From: Bugula neritina
Lineage: Eukaryota; Animalia; Bryozoa
Direction: 5' to 3'
DNA: 64,000 nt
Assembly (NCBI GenBank): GCA_964035545.1
Contig: OZ037769.1
Location: 17,266,633-17,330,632, forward strand
This document shows, piece by piece, positions 1 to 13,537 of this stretch (within the stretch, counting starts at the first letter, position 1; each line of letters opens with the position of its first letter). Below the pieces are notes generated by a model. The model was given only the letters and a program-made list of their open reading frames with translations. It did not search any database and was not told the origin of the DNA. A program made the translations under genes and the position numbers.

Positions 1-25
1 ATGTTAACAGCGACTACCGACTAAC

Positions 26-3000
26 CTTTGAACGACCTTGGAAGCGTGGATATTGCTGCAGATTTCACCGGAGCTACAGTGGATGACGGCCTTAGGTGAC
101 CCGAGGTCGGTGAGGTCAAAGTCCACTGAAACAGGATGTGGAGCTAGTATGAGGGAGACAACTTCAACTTATACAAGTATGTGGAGCTAGTATGAGGGAG
201 ACAACTTCAACTTATACAAGGATGTGGAGCTAGTACGAGGGAGACAACTTCAACTTATACAAGTATGTGGAGCTAGTATGAGGGAGACAACTTCAACTTA
301 TACAAGTATGTGGAGCTAGTATGAGGGAGACAACTTCAACTTATACAAGGATGTGGAGCTAGTATGAGGGAGACAACTTCAACTTATACAAGGATGTGGA
401 GCTAGTGTGAGGGAGACAACTTCAACTTATACAAGTATGTGGAGCTAGTATGAGGGAGACAACTTCAACTTATACAAGGATGTAGAGCTAGTATGAGGGA
501 GACAACTTCAACTTATACAAGGATGTGGAGCTAGTATGAGGGAGACAACTTCAACTTATACAAGTATTACTAGACATTACTGATGCATTACAATAGTGTG
601 AGATATGCTAAGCTTTGCTGAAGGTATTATTGCAGGTGTAATAGGACTTTATTTCCTATGTAAGTACATACAGAGTGTAAGTACATACAGAGTGTAAGTA
701 CATACAGAGTGTAAGTACATACAGAGTGTAAGTATATACAGACAGCACATACCAGTAGCTATACTGTCAGCGTACACATACTGTCAGCGTATACATACCA
801 GTAGCTATACTGTCAGCGTAGGGGTGTTTGAAAGTGGCCGTCAACAGCTGGTAGGTCACCACATTCAACTCCACACTCAGTGCTCTCGTCTTCACGGCAC
901 CTAAACAGGGGAGATAATGATATGAGGTTACACCAGGATACCAGGAACTTAGTCTATATGAGTCACACACACACTAACAGAACCATAAGAAGAGACCTAA
1001 GCTGCTCGATCTCACACAGCTCATGATCAGAGTGTTGAGGAATAGTTGCTGTCGCAGCAGCCCGATCACGGACAGTATGAAGGCCGGGTGGGTGAAGGGG
1101 AGCTTCGTAACCAGACAGCCCAGCATTGGTTCTCCGCTAACCTTCAGCTCATTGATGAAATAATTCTGTACCTGACCAGGGAGAACCTATAAACACAGGA
1201 TATGACATCATCAACACAGGATATGACATCATCAACATACATACAGGGGCTGTGATGTCACGGAGACAGATAAACACAGGATGTGATGTCACGGAGACAG
1301 ATCAACACAGGATGTGATGTCACGGAAACAGATAAATACAGGATGTGATGTCACGGAGACAGATAAACACAGGATGTGATGTCACGGAGACAGATAAACA
1401 CCAACCACAGTGAAATTGTTGGTCGCAGGGGGTACTTTTACTCCACTCGACTCGACTATCGCATCCAACATGGGTTTCATCTGCAGACCTTCACTGAATG
1501 GACAAGCACCTGCAATATGAGAGTAATGACAGCTGGTAGCAGGTGCTTAGTGAGTATATACAGTGTAATGTAAGTATACAGCATACAGTGCAAGTATATA
1601 GTCCAAGTATATATAAAGTAAGTAGGAATAAGGTAAGTATATATAAAGTAAGAATAAGGTAAGTATATATAAAGTAAGAATAAGGTAACCCACCTGACAG
1701 CTTTTCAATCTGCCGAATGAGCTGATGACTCAGAGCCACGGGTTTCTTAAACTTGAGAATGAAGGCAGCCGGCAGCATGACGCTGTTGATGTTAGTCAGC
1801 GGGACAAACTGTGTGCCTCTGAAACAGCAAACAATGTCATGAGGAGACAACTCTGTGTACTGAGATGCTGAAAGCAACCGAAATGTATGAAATTATCTTC
1901 ACTTACGTTCTGTTATCAGAAAACCGGGAAACATTCACAAGAGGAATAGTTTGCAGCTGGTGAGACGCGGCCCGCTGTTCTATGCCAATGACTGCTGAGA
2001 AACCCAAGTCTAAATTCTGAATACCTGAAACATTGCAGAGTTACATATACAGCAGAGTGATATTAGAGTGATATTAGAGTGCTATTAGAGTGATATTGGA
2101 GTGATATTAGAGTGGTATTGGAGTGATATTAGAGTGATATTAGAGTGCTATTAGAGTGATATTGGAGTGATATTAGAGAGATAGTACACGACTCACTCTC
2201 CACTGAGGTAGGATAAAGCGTCTCAGTCTTCTCGTTGAAGAAGTCGTAAGGAGTTATGAAGAAAGTGAGTTTAGTTGGAAGTCCTCCAGTTCTTGGCTGC
2301 ACCAGACCGATAGTTGACTTGTATATCTGTCCACCCAGACTCTTTGTGGACCTGCAGATTGTATACTTACTATATTATACTTACTATACTTACTATATCA
2401 TACTTACTATAATTATTATACTTACGATATTATACTTACTATATTATACTTGGGTGTGTTTGCCTAATTTAGTACAAACTGGGAAAAACAAGGCAAAAAT
2501 TATTTTTTGCTTGAAAATTACAAAATTTGCCCAACTGATGTAATTTGACCTGCTGAATTCAAATATATATGTAAAAAATTGATTTGAGTGGGTAATCCAA
2601 CAGTTTGATGCAAGAAGGTATATGACATTACAGCAATTTCAGTATACATAGAGCATTAACTTTAGGCTGGTAAGATTGTTATTCATTAGCTACAAAGTAA
2701 AATAAAACAGAAAGTTGACTTAAAACTGGTTGTAAGAGGGAAAATTGTTCAAATTTATTCATCGTAAACAACTATGAGTACATATATTGTGTGAATGTTT
2801 CATACACTAATTTTTTTAGCAGAATAGAATTGATTGATTTTCTGCATGATCAGATGCATTGCAAAAGAAATTATTCATTTACAAATAGAAAAGATACAAT
2901 TGAAATTATTACAATAAAAAATATGCTATTTTTTATAATTGTATAAGTTTTTTCAGTCTTCGGCCAACTTTTCAAAATTATCTTCGTCTAACTCTCTGTT

Positions 3001-5635
3001 ATACTCCGTAACTGCCATAACGGATAACACCTATAATAAACATTATTTCTTTAAAAAAGTCTTAGTGCGTATATGATTTGCAAAATATCTGAGTCTATTT
3101 TACACTGAATATAATCATTAGCATTTATTTTCTGTAATTGATGGATTATAATAATCGTTATCATGACGATATTGATAATCATCAATTTCAAACTCAAACT
3201 GTAATTGTAAAAGTTGGACTTTGAGTAAGTCAAATATTAACAACTTGCAACTCCTACTAAATATTATTAGTTATAAATTAAAACCACCAAATGATTAAAT
3301 GTCATGAAACACTCACCTATTTGTAGGATGTAGGTTAATTGAGAGAATTAGGAATATTTTTTCGTTTATTTCAACAAGTCAATTGAATTTCAATTTGAAA
3401 CCCGTAAAATGTTGCTAAGCGGATGCGTCAGATTAATCTCTCTCAAACTTGAATTGCAATATTTCTTTGTGAAATTTGACAAATAACTATAATTTTTATG
3501 CAGCAATATAATTAATAACAAATTTTCAATATTTATTCAAAATAAAAATAAAACTTTAGAGAAATTAAGTTTAGTTTTTATTTTTATTACAAGACTTTTG
3601 AAAGTAAGTCGCTTAATAAATAGACAACTCCGCAGTCATTTCGCGCCATTTGGTTATCTATTTGCACGGAGAGGAACGGAGAGGTGAACTTTGAGTTAAC
3701 TTCAACATTCAAAATCACATTGTATGCGAACACGCCAATAAAACCGGGCAATATGCATATTGTTTAAAAGAGAAAAATATATTCTACAAAATGAAATGAA
3801 TAATGTGAAGTTTTAATGAACTTGATAAAAATTATGTCCTGTTAAATGTACAAAACCTCTGAAACTTCAAAAATGTCACTAAGATATTTAGTACAAAATA
3901 CCACAGTAAACTTCAATTTCTTAGTCTAATGTTGAACGCATATTATCAATGTTTGTTTTTTCAGATTATTTAGAGGATTTTACACAAGATAAGTGTAATT
4001 ACAATCTTTCACAGCTAAAAAATACTGAAATTAGACAGCTTAAAAATTTTATGTTTGGCATTAGGGATTTGTACTAAATTAAGTGGACATAGCCACTTAC
4101 TATATTATACTTACTATATTATACTTACTATATTATACTTACTATATTATACTTACTATATTATACTTACTATATTATACTTACTATATTATACTTACTA
4201 TATTATACTTACTATATTATACTTACTATATTATACTTACTATATTATACTTACTATATTATACTTACTATATTATTATAGTAGATACACTTACTGGTGC
4301 CGCTGAACTTGTACTTTGTTTATTTTGTCGATATCCGTCTCCAGTGACTGCTGCACTATAAAGAACTTGGTCTTCAGAGGTCTAATATATAAATATAATA
4401 CATCACACTACGCATATTAGAGTTGTCCTCTCATACTATACCATACTAAAGTATTCTAATGTAGAGAACTGAATTCTAGCAAAGTTTTAAAGATAGATTC
4501 CTGTTTTGATGCACAACATATAATCAGATTTGACCCATATAATTCTATCTATCTAGAAAACTTAGTGGAAGACAACTCCATGTATGATATTGTAGACACA
4601 GGAATATCTGGGAGGATAACTCTACATTAATCACAAGATGACATCATAGTCTAATAGATACGTTATGGTTGACAGGAAGAGATGACATTAGACAAACAGA
4701 TAAAATGGACTCACTGCTCACTCTCTAGATTGTACATGTCCATGTAGCCCTTGACGTGCTCCATGAAGAGGCTGACATTGGCTAGCCTCAGGGCATGTGC
4801 CATAGCAGACACACTGGCGGGCTGGGTGCCGTTGTGGGTGACTCGCACATCTCTCACTGTCTGGTTGTTAGCTGTGATGTCACACTGAATGTCTATATAG
4901 AACAGGTCCGTAGAGATGAACACAGTATTGCCCTATAAGCAAACAGCATCTCAGCCTATTATCCCTCCTCACCTGTTCACTCTACAACCACCCCTCACCT
5001 GCTCACTCTAAAACCACCCCTCACCTGTTACTCTACATCCACCCCTCACCTGTTCACTGTACAACCACCCCTCACCTGTTCACTGTACAACCACCCCTCA
5101 CCTGCTCACTCTACATCCACCCCTCACCTGCTCACTCTAAAACCACCCCTTACCTGTTCACTCTACAACCACCCCTCACCTGTTCACTGTACTTTAAGCC
5201 CAACTTCTGACAAGCCGAGTTGATTCGCTGTAGAATCTGAGGCAGACTATTGGCTGGCATGACACTCTGCAGCTTCTCCAGTGACTCGTGAATCACTATC
5301 GGGTCTCGGAACTGCTTGTTCACATCCTGCAACGAGTCTCGACTTTAGCAAACATATTTCCTTTCAACACAAGAGTTGGCAACAGAGAGAATATATGATA
5401 CGTAGAATAGTGTAGTGTTTATCATATAAGCTTATCTCACACGCCTTTATATATAGGAATCAGTTCGAGCAGTAAACACAGGGAATAGACCTACCAAAGA
5501 AGACATCCGTATTTGCTTTGCGAACTCGTTCCACGAGTCAGAACTCTGCTGCACCAGGTGTTTGTTCCTGAGCTGCTCCAAAAGTGCCTCCATCTTGGCC
5601 GTGTTGGAAGCCGAGTTGACGGACTGGTCTGTCAT
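26..5635 (-). CDS. MED1: Mediator subunit 1, multi-exon, 3' end continues beyond the left edge of the window
   Basis: Approximate exons 5495-5635 (KMEALLEQLRNK..WNEFAKQIR), 5180-5326 (LEKLQSVMPANSLPQILQRI), 4715-4933 (FISTDLFYIDIQ..DVRVTHNGTQP..EHVKGYMDMYNL), 4294-4381 (KTKFFIVQQSLETDI), 2198-2352 (IGLVQPRTGG..FFITPYDF), 1907-2024, 1693-1818 (NSVMLPAAFILKFKKPV), 988-1186, 804-900 (TFKHPYADS) and 26-124 (ICSNIHASKVVQR). The peptides follow, in order, the N-terminal Med1 domain of metazoan MED1 as I recall it. Boundaries are GT-AG. Confidence 0.92.
134..566. repeat. 43-bp minisatellite, about 10 copies, in a MED1 intron
   Basis: Unit atgtggagctagtatgagggagacaacttcaacttatacaag(g/t), repeated head to tail. 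Confidence 0.95.
1192..1400. repeat. ~29-bp intronic minisatellite
   Basis: Unit aaacacaggatgtgatgtcacggagacagat repeated next to a MED1 acceptor site. Confidence 0.85.
2452..4094. mobile_element. Non-autonomous DNA transposon (1.64 kb) with imperfect 27-bp TIRs and a 4-bp TSD
   Basis: The left end gggtgtgtttgcctaatttagtacaaa matches the reverse complement of the right end, ggctatgtccacttaatttagtacaaa, at 21/27 positions. ACTT flanks both sides (2448-2451, 4095-4098). It splits a tatacttactatat minisatellite. No transposase ORF. Confidence 0.7.
4095..4280. repeat. 14-bp minisatellite (tatattatacttac)n; a left remnant lies at 2362-2451
   Basis: Direct tandem repeat. It explains the spurious YYTY-rich ORFs. 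Confidence 0.9.
4965..5190. repeat. 26-bp tandem repeat that includes the MED1 5' splice donor
   Basis: Unit caaccacccctcacctgttcactcta reads ...gaacag|gtgagggg on the minus strand; about 8 copies. Confidence 0.85.
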
Positions 5636-7219
5636 ATTGACCTTGACCTGTAGAGAGGGTAGTAAACCACTTAAACGATCACCAGTCTTTCAATAACAAT
5701 TGCTACATTAGTATTAGATGTAATTAAATAACATCCTTTTAGTTCTAGAAACCAATAAGCATTCAGTCTACAATAGTATATAGTAATTGTCACATTAAAC
5801 AATCAATACATCTACTACCAATGATAAATACCTCAGCATTACCATCATCTTGTAATATTTGTTTAAAAATAGACTTAGTGTTTTCAGTTATGAGCTTTAT
5901 GTTAAAAATACTATTCGTATTAGTTATAACTTTAAAAATTAATAGTTAATATCAAAGGAAACAGCTGTGCGACTTGAAACTAAAACTGCTTTCTAAAGCT
6001 AAAACTTAGACTAATTTAGTAATTATTAGCTTAACCATAATGTCTAATGCTAACAGTCATAGCTACAGAGTTTTAGACATAAGTGGGCTAACATTAGTTG
6101 TTAGTATTAATTGATAAGATACTCATAGTCCTACTCATACCAATACTGAGTCTGATGGGTGACACTGATAGGTCAAGTTGAAGCTAAACTTAAGCTTCGC
6201 GTAAGTGTTTTTTTAATTTTATACACTAAATCAGTAACATTAAAAGTACATGACTAAGACTAATAGTAATAGTAATTACAATATCAATTAATCAATTATA
6301 TTTATTGAATATTAATTATTCAATATGAATATCAATATCAATATGAAATAGAATATTATAATTAAATTTTAATTATTAATAACTATAATATAAATATTAA
6401 TATCATTTTATACAAACTCAAAGCTTTTTATCAACTTCTCAAGTGTCTTCAAATTATTTATCGTACCAATTCAGTGGTAATGCTAGTAACTATTAAAACA
6501 ATAATTATAAAGACTACACAAAATTTTATGAGTTGATGGATGAAAACCCTAAAATGTACCTTTAGTTAGTATAACATTCAAGTCTGTGGGAAACTACTAG
6601 AAGCAGCAGGTAGTTGGGGGGTAATTAATTGCAGAGTTTGAATTGACAATTGTTGTCTGATTCTACACACGACACCTATTGCACTTAATGACCATGAACT
6701 CGCTGCTGTATCTAACGACGTTTTATTTTGCGAGATTCGATTAGCTGCAATGTTTATATCGCGTTGCAGATAGGATTCAAGCTGGTCTATATACCCGCCC
6801 CGTGTTTTAAAATTTTATGCCTATTTACGTCTGTGTAGCTTTTGATTGCAAGAAAATAGTTATGTCCACTCACTGAGCTGGAATAGACCAATATTTTAGA
6901 CCTAATAATTAGACCTCAATAATAATTATTGAGTTCACTGTGTCCACTGAGCTGGAATAGACCAATATTTATGTTAATATTATTGAGTTCATTGGTTATG
7001 CCGTTGTAAATTGATTGACCAGCTTTTCGGTAACACTCGGCCAATCCCTGTAGTAGCGATTATATTACTAACTCTTTTAAACCACCATAATAATAATAAT
7101 ATTACACTAGTACTTGGTACTAGTAGGTTACTTGAAGTTGAGTCTAGGAGTTTCAGTACCCCTGCATGTATATTAAGATTTAAATACTTTTATTCTCGCT
7201 ATTGTTATATAAAATATTG

Positions 7220-9016
7220 ATGGCAGCATCTAACAACTCAGCTTTAAAGGGACTTTCAGAGCGTTCTGGGGTATTTAGGGGTGAAGATGGTAAGGCCCGA
7301 TCAATCAGCAATTTCAATTTGCATTTCAAAATCTTATTGATATTCAATGGGATAACTCTGTCTACTAAAAGTAAATCACCAAATCTAATACTAATACCAA
7401 TGCTACCAGTATTAGTTTTACTATAATATTTAATAATACTAGTAGTTGTAATAGTAGGTAATATTAATAGTAATAGTAATAGACCAATACTAGCCTACTA
7501 ATAGTAATACTAATACTCACTGTAATAGTTATACTTATACTAATACTTATACTTACTAACTTAGTAATACTGTTGCAGCTACAAGTACAACAATTTTAAT
7601 TTAATTCACTTATAATTATATAACAATATAAATATAAGGTAGGCTCTAATAGTGATACACAAAACCTAGAAATTAAGTTATTACTCTAAATTATGAATGT
7701 AATTACATTGAAAAGACTGAATGTTGAATACTGGAACGTTGAACAGATTGTAATTGTCATTGTAGTTTAAGTTAGTTATGTTGTGAGACTTGCAGAATTA
7801 AATAAGTCATCTTGTGATTTTCTGTTAGTTGTTTATAAGCTATAGTGCTTAAAACAAAAATTACAGAACAGTTTGTGACATTTATCTGAATTATGATTAT
7901 TATAAATGACAGATGCTCATTGGGATTTTATCTGTTCAGAACTTAGCATACTTCTGAGATTGATCAATGTGACTTGTATCCCTAATTTGAACTTGGATTA
8001 AAGCATAGGCATTGCTGAAACAATATGGTATGTTGGTTTATAATTTGAAGTGACAATTCATATACTACCTATATTCATTAAATGGCTAACCTCTGTCACT
8101 GTTCTTGTTGATGAAGGTTTGCTGTACATACCTGGCACTAAAAGATCAGATGGATCATACAGAAAGCCTATTCGAGTAAAGGAAGGTTATATTCCACAAG
8201 ACGAGCAGCCAGCGTAAGTCTTCTTTTAGTTACTAGTCGCCAGCAAAGTGATATCAAGTAACTACTCATCTCCAATTAAACTTCTTCACTTAAACTTCCA
8301 AGTTCTAAAGGCAAGTGAAACTGGCAATTTTGATGGAAGATCAAATGTCTTGATTGAATGTAGATTCGATTAATGCTTTAAATATATTTGTTAGCTAATT
8401 ATTTAAACCAAATATTTCAAATTGGTTATTTCAATTTGCTAGTGACGGTGGTGCAACTTCAAACCGTTATATGATGAACAACCAAGAGTAAACAATTGTG
8501 TTTTAGTCAATTTTTTAAGGTATGCTAAGCAGTATAACTAATAACTTATAACACTGGCATTGTGTAACAGAGTTTATATGCGCTCTATATGCATGCAGGT
8601 ATGAAAACAAGGGAGTTAAATGGCAGAAAGAGCGGCCTGCTTGTCCAGGGTTGTACGTAGAGCCGACCTCTACCGAAGAAGCTCCCACAGGAAATGAAAG
8701 AAACCGGAAGAAAAAGGAAGCAAGAAAGAAAGCTGCGGAAAGAAAATTAGTTGTTGAAAGTGGTCCTTCATCTACTAGTGTAAGTCATTCTCTTTCGGAG
8801 GGTGTTAAAGGAATGGACATAACGGATTCAGAACCCAAAGGTGCAGTTGATGCAGCTAAACGATTAAAGAACCTTAGAAAGCGCCTAGCACAAATTAACT
8901 CTTTAAAAGAGAAAATTGACAGTGGTGAATTAAAGAACCCTGACCCAGATCAAGTGCGTAAAGTGGGGCGGAGACAGGAAGTACTCGATGAAATATCTGA
9001 GTTGGAATCATTGTGA
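7220..9016 (+). CDS. PYM1: Partner of Y14 and Mago (PYM/WIBG), 3 exons
   Basis: Exons 7220-7289, 8117-8213 and 8599-9016 splice in frame. [30 protein letters not shown] is the Mago-binding motif; the C-terminus reads KRLKNLRKRLAQINSLKEKIDSGELKNPDPDQVRKVGRR. Confidence 0.92.
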
Positions 9017-9357
9017 TCAATACTTTTTTAGATAGTCTTTTATGTCACTTTTTATACACCAGATGAGAAAATTTAAATAGCTATTCATGCACAACTGTAA
9101 CATAGACAATACTTGATTTAGTAAATATATATCATTTCATAAATAATTATTGGATTTACTATAAAACAAACATGTGGATATGATTTTATAAAGTTTTACA
9201 ATGAAATAAGCACCAGGATGAAATATTCGTATGTACAACACGAGGAAAATAAACTTTACTAAACAAATTAGTGTATTGATATATTGTATACTACTTTCCA
9301 AATGAGAGCTCACAATGCTCACTAATGTTAATAACATGAACTGAAGAGTTAAGCTGA

Positions 9358-11235
9358 CTATCGGGCTGAAGCCAATAGAGCCGTTGGACTAGGTAGAGGA
9401 ATGATCATAACCTCTTCATCAGTGGTAGTGGTGAGGTCCACCAACTCAGGAACTTCTATTAGTACTTTGGGCGCATCACAAACCAACTCCTAGAGAACAA
9501 TGGATTAGAATAAATGTTGAACCAGAATGTGTGAAAATTTGCAACTTCTATATAATGGAATCAAAGATAAATATTTCACGACTATAGCAGCTTACCACTA
9601 CAGAAGTCAACACCACCTTCACTTCACTTGACAACAAATACATTCAAAGTTAGCGCAGAAAGCAACTCAACATACCTCCCACATAAAAGGCTTGATACTT
9701 GTGTTAGGACTCTTCAAGTTAGCTTTAAGTTGAGTTAGTCTCGGCTCTGGAGCTACACAGTTATCAACAGCAGACAAACCCAGCTCTATCATGCTATTTG
9801 GACAATTGGAGTTAGATAATAGCTCAGAGTGATGGCAGCAACTCTCTGGTGAAGTTACAAGTTTGCTGGTCTGCTTCGTACAAACACTCACACCACCCTT
9901 TCTATCGGCACCTAGAATAGTAACATCGGCAACTAAGGAACCAAACAGAGCTGATACCTTCAAAAAAATTAATTTGCCAAAAGGCATTGAATCAGTAAGG
10001 ATGTGAGCAAATAACTGTTTGTGACATCTGTACCTTGGGGAGCAGTATCAGAGGGACGCGTCAATAAGTAAGAAAATATATCCTTTAGTAAAACGGAACA
10101 AGGTTTCAGCCGCCGCATTAATCTTCGAGATCTTTTATTTAATCGTGACCTGAGAGTTCTAAATCGATCTCGTCTTTCCCGCCGACCAAATGTATATTTA
10201 TGGTCTGTATAGCCATGACAGTCTCTCTTAACGTAGTGAATGTTGGTCAGATACCATAGATCATCACCTAATAGAAAATTCGGCAAACTTGTCAGGTAAC
10301 AAAATAAAAGTTGCTCATGCAAATGCACTATTCTCTTGGAGGAAAATGTGAGAGTCAAAAATGGAAGAATTTCTAAGAACTGCTTTCTTCAAACTAGAAA
10401 TTAAAGGCTTTACTTGTTGGACAAAGATAATAAAATCCAACTGTGATGATTTTGTAGACAGAATTGGAAAACACTTACAGTGTGCCATTTGTGACCTAAG
10501 TGCCCTGTTGCCATCATCTTCTGGTTGCCCGCTGCAATACCGATCATAATCTCTATTGGAGACTTTGTTGGTGTTGAAATGTTCCGAGACAAATGGCTGT
10601 AACTTCTCACCGAGTGGTGAGGTAAGATCAATATGCAGCAGACGTCTGACAGTAGCAGCACCAGCAGAGAACTGGATGTCTTTAGTCAAGTCTATCACTT
10701 CTACCGGGTTGAGTTGAATCTCTTCTTGCTTATTCATTTGCAGTGAAGATAATAGAGAAAGGGTTTTACCAGAAATTGGGGACAACAGAGTCTTGCATGT
10801 CACACTTTGATCAACTGGCCCAATACTAGTCACACTGTCTATTCTTACTCGCAACTTCTTTGGTTCAACTGATACATTTTGTGCTGGTCTCAGTTTGATG
10901 GCGTTGGTAAAATCTGTTTGAAGCACTTCTTCGTTATCATTAGAAATGGGTGTAGACACTTTGCAGCACTTAGTGCTTCGATAATGCTTCCTAGGTTCGG
11001 CTTCCCTAATGTGGAGTTCAGTGTTTTCAGAATACTGGCCATTTATAAACTCGACTGGAAGGTTTTGAGTAAACTTTTCTCTCACAACAACTGGCTCACA
11101 TCTATATCTGGAAGCTACAACATGCCAGCAATGTCAATGTAGTGAACTTCCCACACTGAGATATATATCACTATACAGGGCATCTCGTTCCTTCAACGTA
11201 TAAGCATACTTACAATAGTCTTGTTTCTCCCTCAT
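9358..11235 (-). CDS. Uncharacterised nuclear-type protein with several SIM-like motifs and an Arg-rich block
   Basis: The overlapping ORFs can be joined by phase-compatible GT-AG introns: approximately 11214-11235, 10479-11114, 10034-10268, 9676-9911 and 9358-9489. Motifs VIDLT, HIDLT and LVDLT, plus HKYTFGRRERRDRFRTLRSRLNKRSRRLMRRLKPCSV. Confidence 0.6.
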
Positions 11236-13537
11236 GGTATTTGAGTATTGATATATGGAGATCACAATACACTTCTAGTCAAATCCCCATTATTACTATT
11301 TACCTGCAAGTTAATAGTATTGTTATCAAAGTTTGAAGTAAACAAAACCTGACTATGAAAACATTTAGTAGAAAAGCTATGATTGCGGTTAAAACATTTT
11401 TGGTTAAAATTAATGTTTTAAAAACTGACCACAGGTAGTTAGGGTCCAGCAAGATTATCAATAAATTGGTAGCCGATCCAACTTTCTAATATCTGCGCAG
11501 GCTGTAGTGAGTATTTCCATGTGTGAAATGCACTAAGTTAAATGCAACAGCTCAGGATTTGTCATATTTTGCCACACTCTTTGTTCTTTTATTCAAAGGA
11601 GTTATACATGTTATGTTGCAAAGAAGCTAAAATACAATACTACATGATAAAAACATGCTATTTTAACACTATTAGTAATACCAATAGTAACATTTTTATT
11701 ATCCACTGAACTCTCAGTTAGCATACTGATACTCTCACAAACAGTTTACTAGTGAGGCAATGTTCAGACAATATAGAAACGAATGATTAAATGCCTACAT
11801 TTACATACATTAATTTTTAGCATACCATATTTTTAATTTAGAGTATAGGCTTTTCTCAGTTTCTCCATGACTGTATCTACCATTATAATCGTATAAGTAT
11901 TACTATTAGTATTATGGCTAGTAAGACCAAGTGTAACTGAAAGTATTACTGTAGTTATACTTAAACTTATAGTTATACTAATCTTTATACTGTAATACAG
12001 TATTACCAATAGTTCTATCACTATGACTGTATGAGTATGACTCATTGACTGAGTATTAACTATTGAGATTAATTTGAAACTATGAATTCAAAAAACATTT
12101 CATTTTAATTATTTAAATTCAACAAATAAAAATAATACTTGCTCATATAAAATAAATATTTTTAAATTTATTCTTAATGACTATTATTATTTGTATTAGT
12201 ATTACTATTAGTATGAGCATGACTATCTTATTATCCGTATGATAATGACACATCTTTTCATTTTCACTTTCTCATTGACATTCAGTCTGACTCCGACTCA
12301 TTTTGATTTTGATTTTACTTTAATCAATAACTAGTCTTATTTAACTTCTAAAACCTAAACAGTAGTAAAAAGAGTCAATAGCTTTAAAACTAAATGTCAT
12401 AGACTCAATATGAATAGCAGCGCTGAGAGTCATGAGTATACTATGAAAAATTCTGATTACTACAACTATAAAGCACAGGGTCCTACATTTAAACCACTAA
12501 ATGCACGCTTCCGGTATATTTGAACACATTCATGCTCGAGAGTGATGCCGCACAGTACAACGACTGTGAGTGCTTAGTGATAGTTGCCAGTATGTTAGTC
12601 GCACGGAGTGCCTAGTGAGATATCAGTTAAACTGTAAATAGTAAAAGACGTAGTCAAGCGTCGCCTCCCTAGCGCTACTCTCCGCAATAGCCTGCGAAGA
12701 CATAGCGACAATCGTGAGTAAATCGCGAATAAGGCACAGTCGTAATACTTGTACTCTCTCAACCAATTGCAGTAAAGCATTTTCTGCCTAACGCGTAGCA
12801 ACCAATAACCAAATTTGCTAGCTTTACCAGACCCGTTCAACTTGATACACTAACAGGGCTAAAGCTAATTTGTTAATACATAGCATGCAAGTTTACTAAA
12901 AATATAGATTTGCATTAAATTTAAATAGATTCAACAACGCAATTTAGCCATACTAATAACGAGGATAACTTTTAGACGGGTAGTTTAGTTCTTCTAAGAG
13001 AAGACAACTCGATAGTTGATGGACTGCGTTAGCAAATCTGTATGCTATTATATAATCCGTTGGTGGAGTTGCACTATCTTACTACTGCCAAGTGGCCTTT
13101 GGCTAATTACTATGGATACCAAATAGCAAAATTTGAATATTTTCTCTTAGAACTGTTTATAGTCACCAGCAAATCAAAATATTCTCAAATTTATTCAATT
13201 TTTCAAATGAATAAACAAAATCATTCTAATATCCTAATTTTCTGCTCCACAAATGCACAGGTTATAAAAAAGTATAAAAATTACTAGATTGAGCTGAATC
13301 AAAGAGTATATATGTTCAGTGTAAGCTCACAATTTGTTATCAGTCAAAAAATGCAAAATGCCACAGCGAAGTCCGAAATAGACACACAGTATATTACAGA
13401 TATATACAATGTTAGAACAGCAACTCAACATGAGTGGAAATTTGATAGATATTATGAAAACTGTGGGACTTGTAATGGTAAGAAGACAAATTTGAAATGA
13501 GCAAATTGTTTAGAAGCAAGAGAAGAGTCAGAGAGAT

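Noticed and set aside
134-566. CRISPR-like regular repeats (also 15402-16055, 31535-32135)
   Set aside because: Units are contiguous with no unique spacers, there are no cas genes, and the context is eukaryotic introns. These are minisatellites.
9667-11085. Apparent programmed frameshifts or pseudogene (three overlapping ORFs)
   Set aside because: Short phase-compatible GT-AG introns explain the frame changes.
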